Origin: Cyanobacteriota bacterium
GTDB taxonomy: Bacteria > Cyanobacteriota > Cyanobacteriia > Thermostichales > Thermostichaceae
Assembly: GCA_033764955.1 (NCBI GenBank)
Contig: JANRIL010000011.1
Location: 82,638 to 146,637 of the forward strand
Reading direction: 5' to 3'
DNA length: 64,000 bases
Shown: positions 27,495 to 37,796 of the stretch, one piece after another
Layout of the letters: every line of letters begins with the position of its first letter
Position numbering within the stretch: position 1 is the stretch's first letter
Translations under genes and position numbers: made by a program
Notes under the pieces: model-generated
Databases searched by the model: none
Told to the model about the DNA's origin: nothing
What the model saw: only the letters and a program-made list of their open reading frames with translations

Positions 27495-28829
27495 TCAGGA
27501 TCGAGCAGCATTCTTGACCACTGGACTGGAAGCAAGCGGTATCCGCACGCGGAAACTACTGCCCACTCCCACTTGACTACGAACCGAGATCTCACCCCCA
27601 TGCTGCTGGGCAATCGCTTGAGCAATCGCCAGCCCCAAGCCTAGTCCCCCATTCTGAAGCGAGCGAGCTTTATTCGTTCGCCAGAAGCGATCAAAAATGT
27701 GCGGGAGATCGCTGGCAGCAATGCCAACTCCGGTATCGGTGATAATTATCCAAACATTGCGCCCCAGGTAGGCATGACTTTCTAGCTTCAGGCTCAATGA
27801 GACGGATCCGCCTTTGGGTGTGTATTTCAGGGCATTTTCCAGCAGATTACTAAACAGACGCACAAGCTGACTGGCATCCCCCATGACAACCACGGGAACG
27901 AGAGGTGAAGCGATCAAGGTGATCTCTTTGGCTTGAGCCTGTAACTCTAAAGTTTCACCCAACTCACTCAGCAGTTCATGCAAAGGGATCCGTGTGGTTT
28001 CTTGTAGCCTTGGATGAATATCAGTCCGAGCCAGCAGCAGCAAATCTTCCACCAAACGGGTGATGCGGGCAGTGGCTCTAGTGACAGCTATTAATTTCTT
28101 GCTGTCTTGGGGGTGAACCCGTTCTGGATGCTTGAGGATGACCCCAACCGAAGTTTTGATCACCGTCAACGGACTGCGCAATTCGTGAGAAGCATCCGCC
28201 GTAAATTGTTGTAGTCGTTGGTAGCTATGAGCCAAGGGTTCAGTAGCTTTACGAGCCAGCCACAATCCCCCCATTCCACTTACCCCCAGCGCCACCGTCC
28301 CACCCAAGGCAAGACCCCAACGGAGTTGGCTGAGGATCTCTTCCACGGCTTGATCGGAAACGCTGGCACGGATATACCCCAGTAATTGCCTACTATTTTG
28401 AGGGCTGTAAACAGGGATGACGGTAACATGAAGGTTTTGCACAGAATCCGGCAAGGATTGTCGAGTCTGCCGTTGCAACTGGGATCCCGTAGGGAAAGGC
28501 AACTGGGTAAAAAGGGATCCTTCGCGGGCGAGTAGGATCCCTTCGGCATCAAACCATTCCAAACTCTGGCGGCGATGGCTGAGGTTGCGCCAAGGGGTAT
28601 TTTCGGGTAGTCCCTGGAGTCCTCGTTGAGCAATGGTTTCTAGGGCTGGAGCGGCAGTTTCTGCCAGAGTGATCAACTCATCTTTAACCTGTAGGTGCAT
28701 ACTGCGGCTGAAGAACCCATACATGGCGGTCGCCGAGGATCCCACAACAATGCCCACAACCACCAGATACCCAGAGAGTAGCTGCCAGTGCCAATAGCGA
28801 TCCTGTCGGTGAGAATAACGCATAGACAC
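27495..28829 (-). CDS. Sensor histidine kinase (CopS/NrsS/RppB-like)
   Basis: Two TM segments, DASHELRSP H-box, N and G boxes. Confidence 0.92.
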   Translation of the reverse strand: MSMRYSHRQDRYWHWQLLSGYLVVVGIVVGSSATAMYGFFSRSMHLQVKDELITLAETAAPALETIAQRGLQGLPENTPWRNLSHRRQSLEWFDAEGILLAREGSLFTQLPFPTGSQLQRQTRQSLPDSVQNLHVTVIPVYSPQNSRQLLGYIRASVSDQAVEEILSQLRWGLALGGTVALGVSGMGGLWLARKATEPLAHSYQRLQQFTADASHELRSPLTVIKTSVGVILKHPERVHPQDSKKLIAVTRATARITRLVEDLLLLARTDIHPRLQETTRIPLHELLSELGETLELQAQAKEITLIASPLVPVVVMGDASQLVRLFSNLLENALKYTPKGGSVSLSLKLESHAYLGRNVWIIITDTGVGIAASDLPHIFDRFWRTNKARSLQNGGLGLGLAIAQAIAQQHGGEISVRSQVGVGSSFRVRIPLASSPVVKNAARS

Positions 28830-28837
28830 AGGTGAGA

Positions 28838-29515
28838 TTAAGAGAGGGGCTTGAGCCGATACCCTAGACCATACACGGTCTCAATCAGATCAGCTGGGGA
28901 TCCGGCTAAGCTCAGCTTCTGACGCAACCGCTTGATGTGAGACTTGACCGCTTCGGCTTCTGGTGGATCCTCGGACGACCAGAGGTGATCGAGAATGGCG
29001 TTACGGCTCAGCACTTGGCGACTATGGCGCAAGAATAGTTCCAGCAAATGATATTCCTTAACGGTGAGCTGCAGAGGATGACCTGCATAAGTGACACTAC
29101 AACGACTGGGATCCAGGTGTAGCTCTCCCCACTGCAATATGGGAGGAAGTGGGGATCCCCCGCGCCTCAGCAAGGCTCGCACACGAGCAGCCAATTCCTG
29201 AAGTTCAAAAGGTTTCACTATATAATCATCGGCTCCGGCATCCAAACCTAAAACTTTATCGGTGAGAGAATCACGGGCAGTCAACATCAAAACAGGCGTG
29301 TGATAACCGTGGGCGCGCAGTTGCTGACACAAACGGATCCCGTCTAGCTTGGGCAGCATCACATCCAGCAAGATAAGGTCATACTCAAAGGCTTGGATCA
29401 GTTGCCAGCCCTGCCAGCCATCGCTAGCGATCTCCACGATGAAACGCTGCTCACTCAGATCTTCGGCAAGAGCCTCAGCCACTTCTTCTTCGTCTTCTAC
29501 CAAGAGAATTTTCAC
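28838..29515 (-). CDS. OmpR-family response regulator (CopR/RppA-like)
   Basis: Receiver domain plus wHTH (ETVYGLGY). Confidence 0.93.
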   Translation of the reverse strand: MKILLVEDEEEVAEALAEDLSEQRFIVEIASDGWQGWQLIQAFEYDLILLDVMLPKLDGIRLCQQLRAHGYHTPVLMLTARDSLTDKVLGLDAGADDYIVKPFELQELAARVRALLRRGGSPLPPILQWGELHLDPSRCSVTYAGHPLQLTVKEYHLLELFLRHSRQVLSRNAILDHLWSSEDPPEAEAVKSHIKRLRQKLSLAGSPADLIETVYGLGYRLKPLS

Positions 29516-29570
29516 AGTGTTCGCCAGCCCTAAAGCCCTTTGCTAGTATTGCTGATGATGGCAAGAAGTT

Positions 29571-29587
29571 ATGAAAACCAGATGAAA
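29571..29587 (-). promoter_or_regulatory. CopR-type box TTTCAT-N5-TTTCAT (also at 37200-37216 and 40492-40508)
   Basis: Three exact matches, each upstream of a cargo gene or operon. Confidence 0.7.
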
Positions 29588-29676
29588 TGAGTGCTAGCTA
29601 CACTTGTTAAGTCAAACCGCATCTATCCGTGCTAAGGTGAGCGACTGGCAGATCCACAAATTAGGGAGCTAGTGCC

Positions 29677-30150
29677 GTGTTAAGCTGCTTCGATATTGCT
29701 AACTACTTTATCTGGCTTGCTAACGAGACTGGCTCGTTTGTCTCTAATCTCAAGCTGCAAAAATTAGTGTATTACACTCAGGCTTGGCATTTGGGGATCA
29801 ACGGCACTCCTTTGTTTGATCAAGATTTTGAAGCTTGGATCCATGGCCCTGTCATCCCTGCTCTTTATGATCGCTACAAAAGCTTTGGTTGGAAGCCGAT
29901 TGTTCAAGAGATTCCTAAACCACAGTTCTCTGAAGATCTCCATCAGTTTTTGCAGTCAGTGACTGATGTTTATTTTGCTTGTGATGCTTACGAACTGGAG
30001 CGGATGACATATGTAGAGGATCCCTGGCGGCTGGCACGAGGCAATCTGCCGATGGATGCTCCATCCCATGCCATTATCTCCAAAGAGTCTATGCGAAAGT
30101 TTTTTGCCGCCCGTGCCGAAGAAACCGAAGAAAACCTCACTGCCGCTTAA
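29677..30150 (+). CDS. Panacea (DUF4065/SocA-like) antitoxin
   Basis: SNLKLQKLVYY, FEAWIHGPV. Confidence 0.9.
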   Translation: MLSCFDIANYFIWLANETGSFVSNLKLQKLVYYTQAWHLGINGTPLFDQDFEAWIHGPVIPALYDRYKSFGWKPIVQEIPKPQFSEDLHQFLQSVTDVYFACDAYELERMTYVEDPWRLARGNLPMDAPSHAIISKESMRKFFAARAEETEENLTAA

Positions 30151-30541
30151 GGCAGCCCCGATTAAGGCAACTGCACCGCCATCTTTCCAAGGTGTCAGTT
30201 TCTCTTTTCGGTATTTGGATAGTCATCACCCCAAATTCTCTGTTAACCACAAAGACATCCACTATCTGATTGCTTTACTTGAGAGATGGAGATCTCTTTG
30301 TAGTCAAACCGCCCTTGAGTTAAAGCAGAGTCGCAGCCCTGCCCTCAGATGCCATCCGATTGATTGGGACGATCCTAAAGTCTCTGAATCTAGCTTTGGC
30401 ATACCCAATCAGGAACAACTGGTAGATATTCCCTATCAAATTGCTATTTCTGCTAATGAACACGGCAGACTGCATGGATTCTTTATTAAAGAGGTCTTTT
30501 ATGTAGTCTGGATGGATCCAGATCACAATCTTTATCCCTAA
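30056..30541 (+). CDS. Putative toxin partner of the Panacea antitoxin
   Basis: Overlaps the antitoxin; GRLHGF...FYVVW.DP.H.LYP RelE-like tail; real start probably later. Confidence 0.65.
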   Translation: MLHPMPLSPKSLCESFLPPVPKKPKKTSLPLKAAPIKATAPPSFQGVSFSFRYLDSHHPKFSVNHKDIHYLIALLERWRSLCSQTALELKQSRSPALRCHPIDWDDPKVSESSFGIPNQEQLVDIPYQIAISANEHGRLHGFFIKEVFYVVWMDPDHNLYP

Positions 30542-30673
30542 CATTGAAAGTTGGATTGGGACAAAGCTGAGTCTCGGCGGTGATGCTTTGACCCGACTTC
30601 GCCACTTTTACTGACTACTCTGTATCCCTGACTGTCGAGCTTGCTTGCGTTGACACGGGATCCAGCCTTGCCC

Positions 30674-32458
30674 ATGCGCTTAATTCTCCCTACTCATCCT
30701 TCAGAATCTTCAACAGCTCAGAGAACAGAGGCGGCTTTCTACCGGATGGGGCGAACGGTTATTTTGATCGCCATCACCTCTTTGTTATTAGGGATCCTGG
30801 GGATCCGGCTATTTTTTCTCCAAATCATCGAGGGCAGTAACTATCAACAACTGGCTGATCAAAATCGCATTCGTCTGATCAGAGTGCAGCCAGAACGGGG
30901 CAAAATTTTGGATCGGCAAGGCAGAGTCTTGGCAAGCAGCCGTCTGTCTCACTCCCTCTTCATCTGGCCCCTGGCTCAGAAATTTGATCAATGGTCAAAG
31001 ATACTGCCACAGCTATCCCAGTGGGTCGGGATCCCTGTGGCTGATATGCAGGAGCGGCTGGAAAGAGCTGGACATGGATCCCCTTATCTGGTAAGACTTG
31101 CCCGTGATTTGGATCCCCAACAGGTGACCACCCTGATGGAGCGGGCTGAAGGGATTCCTGGGGTGCAGGTGCAAGCAGAACCGATCCGTGCCTACCCCTA
31201 TGGAGATTTATGGGCACATGTGCTGGGATATGTGGGCGAGATCAATGACGTGGAGCTAGAGCGACTCCAAGATCAGGGCTACCGCTTGGGAGACATTGTT
31301 GGCAAAGCAGGCATGGAATCGGTTTTAGACCCTCAACTGCAAGGACAACTGGGGGGACAACAAGTTGAAGTGGATGCCACAGGTCAAGTGGTCAAAACGT
31401 TGGGAGAGATCCCACCGCAGCAGGGTCAAGATGTTCGGCTGACTCTTGATCTGGATCTGCAACGAGCGGCTCAAGCTGCCTTAGACAACCATAACGGAGC
31501 CATCGTCGCTCTGGATCCGCGCAATGGAGAGGTGCTAGCCATGGTCAGCAATCCAGGCTTTGATCCCAATTTATTCACCAAGCCGATCACCCCTGAAGCA
31601 TGGCGCACACTCCAGTCTAGAACCTATCCTTTTCTGAATCGAGCACTCCAAGGCTATCCCCCTGCTAGCACCTTCAAAGTGATCACCACCACCGCCGCTC
31701 TAGAGTCAGGTCTGTTCCAACCGGATGAAATACTACCCACAACCGCTTACATTCAAGTGGGCGGGATCCGCTTCTGGGATTGGAACCGCGCCGGATTTGG
31801 CTCACTGGGATTTGTGCGGGCGATGGGGCTGAGTAGTGATACCTTCTTTTATCAAGTAGCGATGAAAATAGGCGAGCAACCCATCATTCAATGGTCGCGC
31901 CAATATGGGTTGGGTCAAAAAACAGGGATCGAGCTAGAGCGGGAAGAAGCCCCAGGACTGATACCGGATCCGATCTGGAAACAAAACCAGTTGCAAGAAC
32001 CCTGGTATATCGGCGACACGATCAATATGTCAATTGGGCAGGGCTTCTGGCAGGCAACACCTCTGCAATTAGCCGTGATGTTGGCGGTACCCGCCAATGG
32101 GGGTTATCGAGTGCGGCCTCATTTGATCCTCAATGCGGGTGAATTGCCCCAGCGGATCTCACTCAAACTTCAGCCAGAAACCTTGAGGATCCTGCAACAA
32201 AGTCTGAGAGATGTGGTGGTGGAAGGAACAGGAACCGTCTTGAATGTGGCGGATATTCCCCCTGTAGCGGGTAAAAGTGGCACGGCTGAGGATTTTTCTC
32301 GCCCTTCCCATGCCTGGTTTGGAGCCTATGCGCCTGCCGAGCAACCGGAGATCGTGGTGGTGGCCTTCGCTGAAAACTCTGGCGGCGGGGGTGGCAGCAT
32401 AGCTGCGCCGATGGTCTTGGATGTGCTTCGGGCTAAGGTGTGCTGGGGACAATGTTAG
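30674..32458 (+). CDS. mrdA: Penicillin-binding protein 2
   Basis: TM anchor, STFK, SSD and KSG motifs. Confidence 0.9.
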   Translation: MRLILPTHPSESSTAQRTEAAFYRMGRTVILIAITSLLLGILGIRLFFLQIIEGSNYQQLADQNRIRLIRVQPERGKILDRQGRVLASSRLSHSLFIWPLAQKFDQWSKILPQLSQWVGIPVADMQERLERAGHGSPYLVRLARDLDPQQVTTLMERAEGIPGVQVQAEPIRAYPYGDLWAHVLGYVGEINDVELERLQDQGYRLGDIVGKAGMESVLDPQLQGQLGGQQVEVDATGQVVKTLGEIPPQQGQDVRLTLDLDLQRAAQAALDNHNGAIVALDPRNGEVLAMVSNPGFDPNLFTKPITPEAWRTLQSRTYPFLNRALQGYPPASTFKVITTTAALESGLFQPDEILPTTAYIQVGGIRFWDWNRAGFGSLGFVRAMGLSSDTFFYQVAMKIGEQPIIQWSRQYGLGQKTGIELEREEAPGLIPDPIWKQNQLQEPWYIGDTINMSIGQGFWQATPLQLAVMLAVPANGGYRVRPHLILNAGELPQRISLKLQPETLRILQQSLRDVVVEGTGTVLNVADIPPVAGKSGTAEDFSRPSHAWFGAYAPAEQPEIVVVAFAENSGGGGGSIAAPMVLDVLRAKVCWGQC

Positions 32459-32526
32459 AATATGGTTCCAATGGGATCCGCAGGATGATGGGGTCTGACA
32501 TGGATCGATCAATTGTCCAACTCCTC

Positions 32527-32558
32527 TTGACTCTCAAGTGGACTAGAGGGTTTATCCT
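32527..32558 (+). promoter_or_regulatory. MerR-type promoter TTGACT-N20-TATCCT with a dyad in the spacer
   Basis: Long spacer containing CTCTCAAGT/ACTAGAG(G) dyad; a MerR-family gene lies downstream. Confidence 0.8.
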
Positions 32559-32616
32559 ACCTATAGTTTCCTCAAGAAACGCTTCTGTCCTTTCCTTTAG
32601 AGGCTAAAAACCCATC

Positions 32617-32757
32617 ATGAAAACAACTTTGATCCAACGGCTTTCTCTCCTAGCTGCTTCGACCGTACTCCTCACATTTGCTGTAGGTGGATCCGTTTGG
32701 GCTTTCTCTTGTCCACCTGCGGACTGTAATGACTGTCCACCTGCGGATTGCGACTAA
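32617..32757 (+). CDS. Unannotated 46-aa secreted Cys/Asp micropeptide (two CPPADC repeats)
   Basis: MKTTLIQRLSLLAASTVLLTFAVGGSVWA-FSCPPADCNDCPPADCD; GAGG RBS; first ORF after the MerR promoter. Confidence 0.75.
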   Translation: MKTTLIQRLSLLAASTVLLTFAVGGSVWAFSCPPADCNDCPPADCD

Positions 32758-32844
32758 TCATAGCCAGAGACCAGTCATTTAGTGAACCCAATGAGCTTAA
32801 ACCTTGATGGGGAATAGCTTGTTGGGTTTTTATTTGGAGATTTC

Positions 32845-33306
32845 ATGGATCATTGTGCCAAGTCTGCCCTTAAAAGTCTAAAAATCGGGGATCTGTCCAA
32901 ACAAACGGGGGTAGCGGTAGCAACCATCCGTTACTACGAATCATTAGGGTTGCTGGATCCTGCTGAAAAGGCTGAAAACGGCTATCGTTACTACACTAAG
33001 CAGGCCATTAAACAATTGCGGTTTATCAAACAAGCTCAAGCACTGCGATTTTCTCTGGCTGAAATTCAACAGGTGATGAGTATTCGGTCTCAAGGCAACC
33101 CCACTTGTCCTTTAGTAAAAGACCTAGTAGATCGCAAAATCGCTGAGTTAGAGCAAGGGATCCAGCAGGCTCTGCTCCTCAAAACGGAACTGGAAACCTA
33201 TCGTTCTAGTTGGGCCAATCAACCTTTGGATGATCCTGGCCAAGAACAAATTTGTAGCCTCATTGAGGGAGTCACGGTTAGATCAACTTTGCACTTGCAG
33301 CAATAA
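32845..33306 (+). CDS. MerR-family heavy-metal-responsive regulator
   Basis: IGDLSK..GV..ATIRYYE..GLL, GYRYY, Cys in CPLV and CSLIE. Confidence 0.92.
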   Translation: MDHCAKSALKSLKIGDLSKQTGVAVATIRYYESLGLLDPAEKAENGYRYYTKQAIKQLRFIKQAQALRFSLAEIQQVMSIRSQGNPTCPLVKDLVDRKIAELEQGIQQALLLKTELETYRSSWANQPLDDPGQEQICSLIEGVTVRSTLHLQQ

Positions 33307-33321
33307 CACCATACGGTCGAT

Positions 33322-34419
33322 TCAGTTGGCTGATCTTAAAAGTGCTCGCCGGATCCAAAACCCCGCCCCCATGCCCAAAGTCAGGATCCCCAGCAAATAG
33401 CTCATCACGATCAGGCGAATGGACAAGGGGGGAGCTATGCCCTCAACCTCAATGATCTGACTCACCTGCAAAGGAGAAGACGGGATCCGGGCTGCGATGC
33501 GATGGGGCGCACCATCAAAAAAGTGCTGCTGCCAGGTGAGATCTGCAGATCCCTGGTAAGCAAAAGCTGTCCATCCATGCTCCAATTGGGTGGAACGAAT
33601 CTCTAGATCTTGATCAGGAAGGGACTGGCCCGTCTGAAGATCTCGGACTTTGACTGTCAGGGCGAGCGGTTGCCCTACCACGGCACTGGGATCCCCCTCT
33701 AGGCTCAGTTCCCGCCCCTCAGCCTGCATCACTGGAGCCTGCTTGGTTGGGGAAATCGGCATCTCGGCAGGGTGAGTTTCAGCCCATCCTGCTTTGAAGT
33801 TGATCACAAGCAATACCACAATCGCCACCCCCGCCGCTCCACTCAGCAACAGCCGCACAGACTCGGATAGCCCATCCCCTGCTGCAGGATCCCCAATGAT
33901 CCATGCCCCCAGGATCCCCACGCCGAACAGCACTATAACCAGGATCCCTAAAAACACATATTTAATGGGAGCTTCTGTCACAAAGAAATCAAGATTTTCT
34001 TGAAAAGATTCAGCGGGACTTTTGACCGTGATCTGCAAACGATAGGATCCCCGAATGGGCAACATTTGCTCAAACTGCACGGGATTAAGAGCTTCCAATT
34101 CCAACAATTGGGATCCTTCTGCCCAAGGGAAATCGGTCGGCAACCAGATATTGCGCTCAGGCGTTTGTAACACTAGATGGATCCTTGCCAGTTGCAAAAG
34201 ATCCCCCTGCTGATCCAAAGCTTGCAGCACAAATTTCACAGGGTACTGCTCAGAAGTCGCCTCCGCCTCAAAAGGTCGGATCTGTTGTAGCGGCGGATCC
34301 GTGAGCAACTGAATCCTAGGGTTAGCCGCTAGAGTCGGGATCCTCTCGCTAGGGATCCCGAAGATAACCAACACTCCCATCAGCAGACTGAGGAGCGCGA
34401 TGAATTGGATCGGGCGCAT
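33322..34419 (-). CDS. Membrane protein downstream of cbtB
   Basis: Signal peptide and three TM segments; coupled to cbtB. Confidence 0.75.
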   Translation of the reverse strand: MRPIQFIALLSLLMGVLVIFGIPSERIPTLAANPRIQLLTDPPLQQIRPFEAEATSEQYPVKFVLQALDQQGDLLQLARIHLVLQTPERNIWLPTDFPWAEGSQLLELEALNPVQFEQMLPIRGSYRLQITVKSPAESFQENLDFFVTEAPIKYVFLGILVIVLFGVGILGAWIIGDPAAGDGLSESVRLLLSGAAGVAIVVLLVINFKAGWAETHPAEMPISPTKQAPVMQAEGRELSLEGDPSAVVGQPLALTVKVRDLQTGQSLPDQDLEIRSTQLEHGWTAFAYQGSADLTWQQHFFDGAPHRIAARIPSSPLQVSQIIEVEGIAPPLSIRLIVMSYLLGILTLGMGAGFWIRRALLRSAN

Positions 34420-34420
34420 A

Positions 34421-34609
34421 TCAGTGACAGCCGATCAATAAAGTGTGATGGCGCAACGAGTGAGCCGCATCATGCACCGCCGGATAGGTGCTGAAATAGA
34501 TCGTCCAGAGGGTTAGACCACAGAGCGATAGATAAAGACCCGCCTGAACCGGAACCGAAAGCGTCAAGCCAATCGCTCGCCGCTCCAAACCTTGACTATG
34601 AGCTTTCAT
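34421..34609 (-). CDS. cbtB: CbtB-like cobalt transporter subunit
   Basis: One TM segment plus VHDAAHSLRH..GCH; follows a B12 riboswitch. Confidence 0.8.
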   Translation of the reverse strand: MKAHSQGLERRAIGLTLSVPVQAGLYLSLCGLTLWTIYFSTYPAVHDAAHSLRHHTLLIGCH

Positions 34610-34640
34610 CTTGTGCCTCGCAGATGAGAACAACGGGATC

Positions 34641-34790
34641 CTGGTTGGCGGGCATCCTGACTTAGAGGCATCTTCCTCATCACAGTTGCGGGACAGCGAT
34701 GGATTTACACCACACTTTCCCCCTTTTCGGGGATCCTTAGAGATCCATCCAAAAAGTCCAGCGACTGCTCCTCGCTAGAACCAGCAGGTG
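34641..34790 (-). ncRNA. Cobalamin riboswitch
   Basis: GGGGAAAG..GGTGTAAATCC..CGCTGTCCCGCAACTGT...AAGTCAGGATGCCCGCC; ends approximate. Confidence 0.9.
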
Positions 34791-34984
34791 ACATCACCCT
34801 ACCATCGGATCCCAATTTTTGCGAGTCAACAGGATCCAAATCTTGACGCTACAGGTCATGGCTTATGAACACCCACCCCAGACGGATCCGGCTTGTGTGT
34901 ATCATGGCACAGCCGTATAGTTCAGGGACTGCGTGAAAAATTCATTCTTTAACTGTGTCAAGACCACCAGCATGAACCTGAGTT

Positions 34985-36133
34985 TCAAACCAACAAAGCG
35001 GTGGCATACATGATCCCCAAACCCAAGCTGAATCCGGCCAGACCAGGGATCGTTAGCCAGGATCCCCTTGGCTCGTTCAGCCGTCTGACATAGGATCCCA
35101 CCTCCACCATCACCTGCAAAATGGCACCCGATCCAATGCCCAGAAACAACGCTGCCCACTGAGGGGAATAGGCAAATGCCCCCAGCCAGGATCCCAGTAC
35201 CGCAGGTAATCCCGCCAACGCCGCCAAACTGACAAAAACCCATAGACGCGGTTGCAGCCGGATCAGAGGTGCAGCAATGCCGATTCCTTCGGTCAGGTTG
35301 TGCAGCGTGAAGCCTACCACTAACAAAGATCCCAGTCCCGCCTCACCCACAGCAAAGGCGGATCCAATCGCCAGCCCTTCGCCTAAATTGTGCAAGCCGA
35401 TTCCTAAAGCTAAGTAAGTGGCCAATGCCATTCCTTCCGGCACGTTGCCACCCCGACGACTGATCATCAGCAACGTCAAGAAAGCCGTGGCAGCACTCAA
35501 CCACACCAAAGATCCCCCTTGAAACACACTGGCTGCCTCGGTTGCCAACTTTACTCCTTCTTGCAACGAATCCACCAGCAAAAAAGCCAGCAATCCCAGC
35601 GTTAAGGTCAAAATGAACTGGATCCCTTGATTACCTAACGTTTTCAGATAGGGGAAAAACAACATCCCCAAACCGACAGGCACCACCCCCACAAAGATCC
35701 CCAGCCCGCCATAGTGAAGCAGTCGCGCCGGATCCGCATCGGGGGTGGGTAGGGCTACATCAATGCTGTAATCAAAGGTCAAGCCTGTGGCCGTGAGAAC
35801 TTTGATGTGATGGGTTTCCCCTTCCATCCAGGGGTAGGGAATCTCTATCTGTACCGATTTCAGACGGGAGATCTCTCCAGGTGGATCCTGCTGAAATTGC
35901 CAGTACGCCCCATCCACTTGCACCTGGGCGATCTGAACCGGATCTGTGCCATTGCCTCTGATCAATAACCGGATTGGCTCATCCGATTTGAGTACGGCCC
36001 GCTCGATCTGAATTGACTCGACGGGGGGAGCGGATCCCACCAACACTTGTAAGGGATTCAAGCGCAGAAATACAGCAATCAGGATCCCTAAGATCGTCAG
36101 GGGCAAAACCGCCCAGAGCCAAGATCGCTTCAT
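34985..36133 (-). CDS. ZIP-family metal transporter with a soluble N-terminal domain
   Basis: LHNLGEG and LHNLTEG motifs. Confidence 0.88.
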   Translation of the reverse strand: MKRSWLWAVLPLTILGILIAVFLRLNPLQVLVGSAPPVESIQIERAVLKSDEPIRLLIRGNGTDPVQIAQVQVDGAYWQFQQDPPGEISRLKSVQIEIPYPWMEGETHHIKVLTATGLTFDYSIDVALPTPDADPARLLHYGGLGIFVGVVPVGLGMLFFPYLKTLGNQGIQFILTLTLGLLAFLLVDSLQEGVKLATEAASVFQGGSLVWLSAATAFLTLLMISRRGGNVPEGMALATYLALGIGLHNLGEGLAIGSAFAVGEAGLGSLLVVGFTLHNLTEGIGIAAPLIRLQPRLWVFVSLAALAGLPAVLGSWLGAFAYSPQWAALFLGIGSGAILQVMVEVGSYVRRLNEPRGSWLTIPGLAGFSLGLGIMYATALLV

Positions 36134-37179
36134 GCCACCACCTCAAAAGCACTCATCCAACCCAATTCCACAAACTCCGATTGATGAGCATGAAACATAT
36201 ACAAGCCAGGTTCATGTTCGGCAAAACTCAACTCCAGGATCCCTCTCTGAGCTTGACAAAGCATGACGGTATCTACAGTTTTGTGGGTAGGGGTAAGCGT
36301 AGTGCCATGATCAAAATAATCAAAAAAGTTAGCGTGCAGATGGAAGGAATTGATGGGATCAAACTCCGTCACATTCACCAGATAGATCCGCACCGGACGA
36401 TCTCGCTGGATCCGAATCGGTCGTTTCATCAACTCATGGGCAATGGTGTTGACCGCGTAAAACTCGTTTTCCTCATCAAAGTTGGTATCGAAGGCATTCA
36501 TCACCATCAACAATTCTTGCCAACGAGCATTTTCACGGGATCCCAAGACTCTGGATCTCGCCACAGCTTCTTGCTCAGGATGACGTTTGGGATTTGGATC
36601 GACCACAAACACCCCATATAAACCCTTGTGTAAATGCCGTTTGAAGGGAGCCGAATGGCAATGATAGAGATGACAGCCAAAGGGTTTAGCCTCAAACTCA
36701 TAGACCACTTCCTGACCAGGCATTGCTTCCAAGGTTCCAGGCACGCCATCCACCCGCGCCTGATGGATCCCGTGAAAGTGCAGGGTGTGGGCGTGGGTGC
36801 TGCGATTGCTGAATCGAATCCGGACTCGATCTCCTTCGGTCACCCGAATCGTGGGGCCAGGGATCCGTCCGTTATAGGTCCAAGCTGGATACATCACCCC
36901 AGGGGCAATCTCAACCAGGCGATCTGCAGCATCGATGTCATACTCTCTCAGGGTTTGCCCATTGGATAACTGGGAGACTTGGCCTGGATCCCAATCGGTC
37001 AAGAGGGCGTAGGGATCAAAACCATTGCGGGCATGATCTACCTCTCCCACTGAAGTCAGCCCGCCGTGGATTCGCAGCGAGTGAGTCATAGTCTGTTCAG
37101 ATGCCATCGCCGGACGGGAAAGCAGGGATCCCAGCCCCCCTAATCCCAAAAGAGAGCGGCGCGATAGGCTGAATTTCAT
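36130..37179 (-). CDS. Tat-exported small multicopper oxidase
   Basis: SRRSLL Tat motif, HTLHFH, YHCH, FHLH, FHAH. Confidence 0.9.
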   Translation of the reverse strand: MKFSLSRRSLLGLGGLGSLLSRPAMASEQTMTHSLRIHGGLTSVGEVDHARNGFDPYALLTDWDPGQVSQLSNGQTLREYDIDAADRLVEIAPGVMYPAWTYNGRIPGPTIRVTEGDRVRIRFSNRSTHAHTLHFHGIHQARVDGVPGTLEAMPGQEVVYEFEAKPFGCHLYHCHSAPFKRHLHKGLYGVFVVDPNPKRHPEQEAVARSRVLGSRENARWQELLMVMNAFDTNFDEENEFYAVNTIAHELMKRPIRIQRDRPVRIYLVNVTEFDPINSFHLHANFFDYFDHGTTLTPTHKTVDTVMLCQAQRGILELSFAEHEPGLYMFHAHQSEFVELGWMSAFEVVA

Positions 37180-37394
37180 GGTTAGATCTCGAACTTGGCT
37201 TTCATAATTATTTCATATTCTTGTCTCGAACCTATCAGGTAATAGAGGGTGCGTCAATTGTGATCGACTGCCGGATAACTTCTGGTTTGTGGAATAGCTA
37301 CTCTGCCGGGGGATCTCCGGTTGCTTGGGTTGACAAGTCTCTGTCCTCTGATTTGGGATAGGAGTAAACTCAGTTAACCCGTCTGTGCAAACTA

Positions 37395-37721
37395 ATGCAA
37401 ACATTTTTGTATTTCTTACTAGCTGCTCTAGGAGAACTTTCTGGATGCTATGCTTTCTGGGCGTGGTTAAAACTTGGTAAAAGCATACTCTGGATCATTC
37501 CAGGTATTCTAAGCTTGATTGTTTTTGCTTATGCGCTAACCCGAATAGATACCTCAAATGCTGGAAGAACCTATGCTGCCTATGGGGGTATCTACATTCT
37601 TGCGTCACTCACTTGGCTATGGTTAGTTGAAGGAGTCAAGCCAGGTACATGGGATTTAGTAGGCATTGGCATCTCACTTTTAGGAACAACTATCATTATG
37701 TTCGGATCACACCGACCCTAA
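37395..37721 (+). CDS. YnfA family membrane protein
   Basis: [12 protein letters not shown]. Confidence 0.88.
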   Translation: MQTFLYFLLAALGELSGCYAFWAWLKLGKSILWIIPGILSLIVFAYALTRIDTSNAGRTYAAYGGIYILASLTWLWLVEGVKPGTWDLVGIGISLLGTTIIMFGSHRP

Positions 37722-37796
37722 CAACTTAAAAACTCGCTCCATTTTCACTTTTGTCGATTTTAGAGTTCGATCTACTCAACCGAGTCCTTTTTCTCT

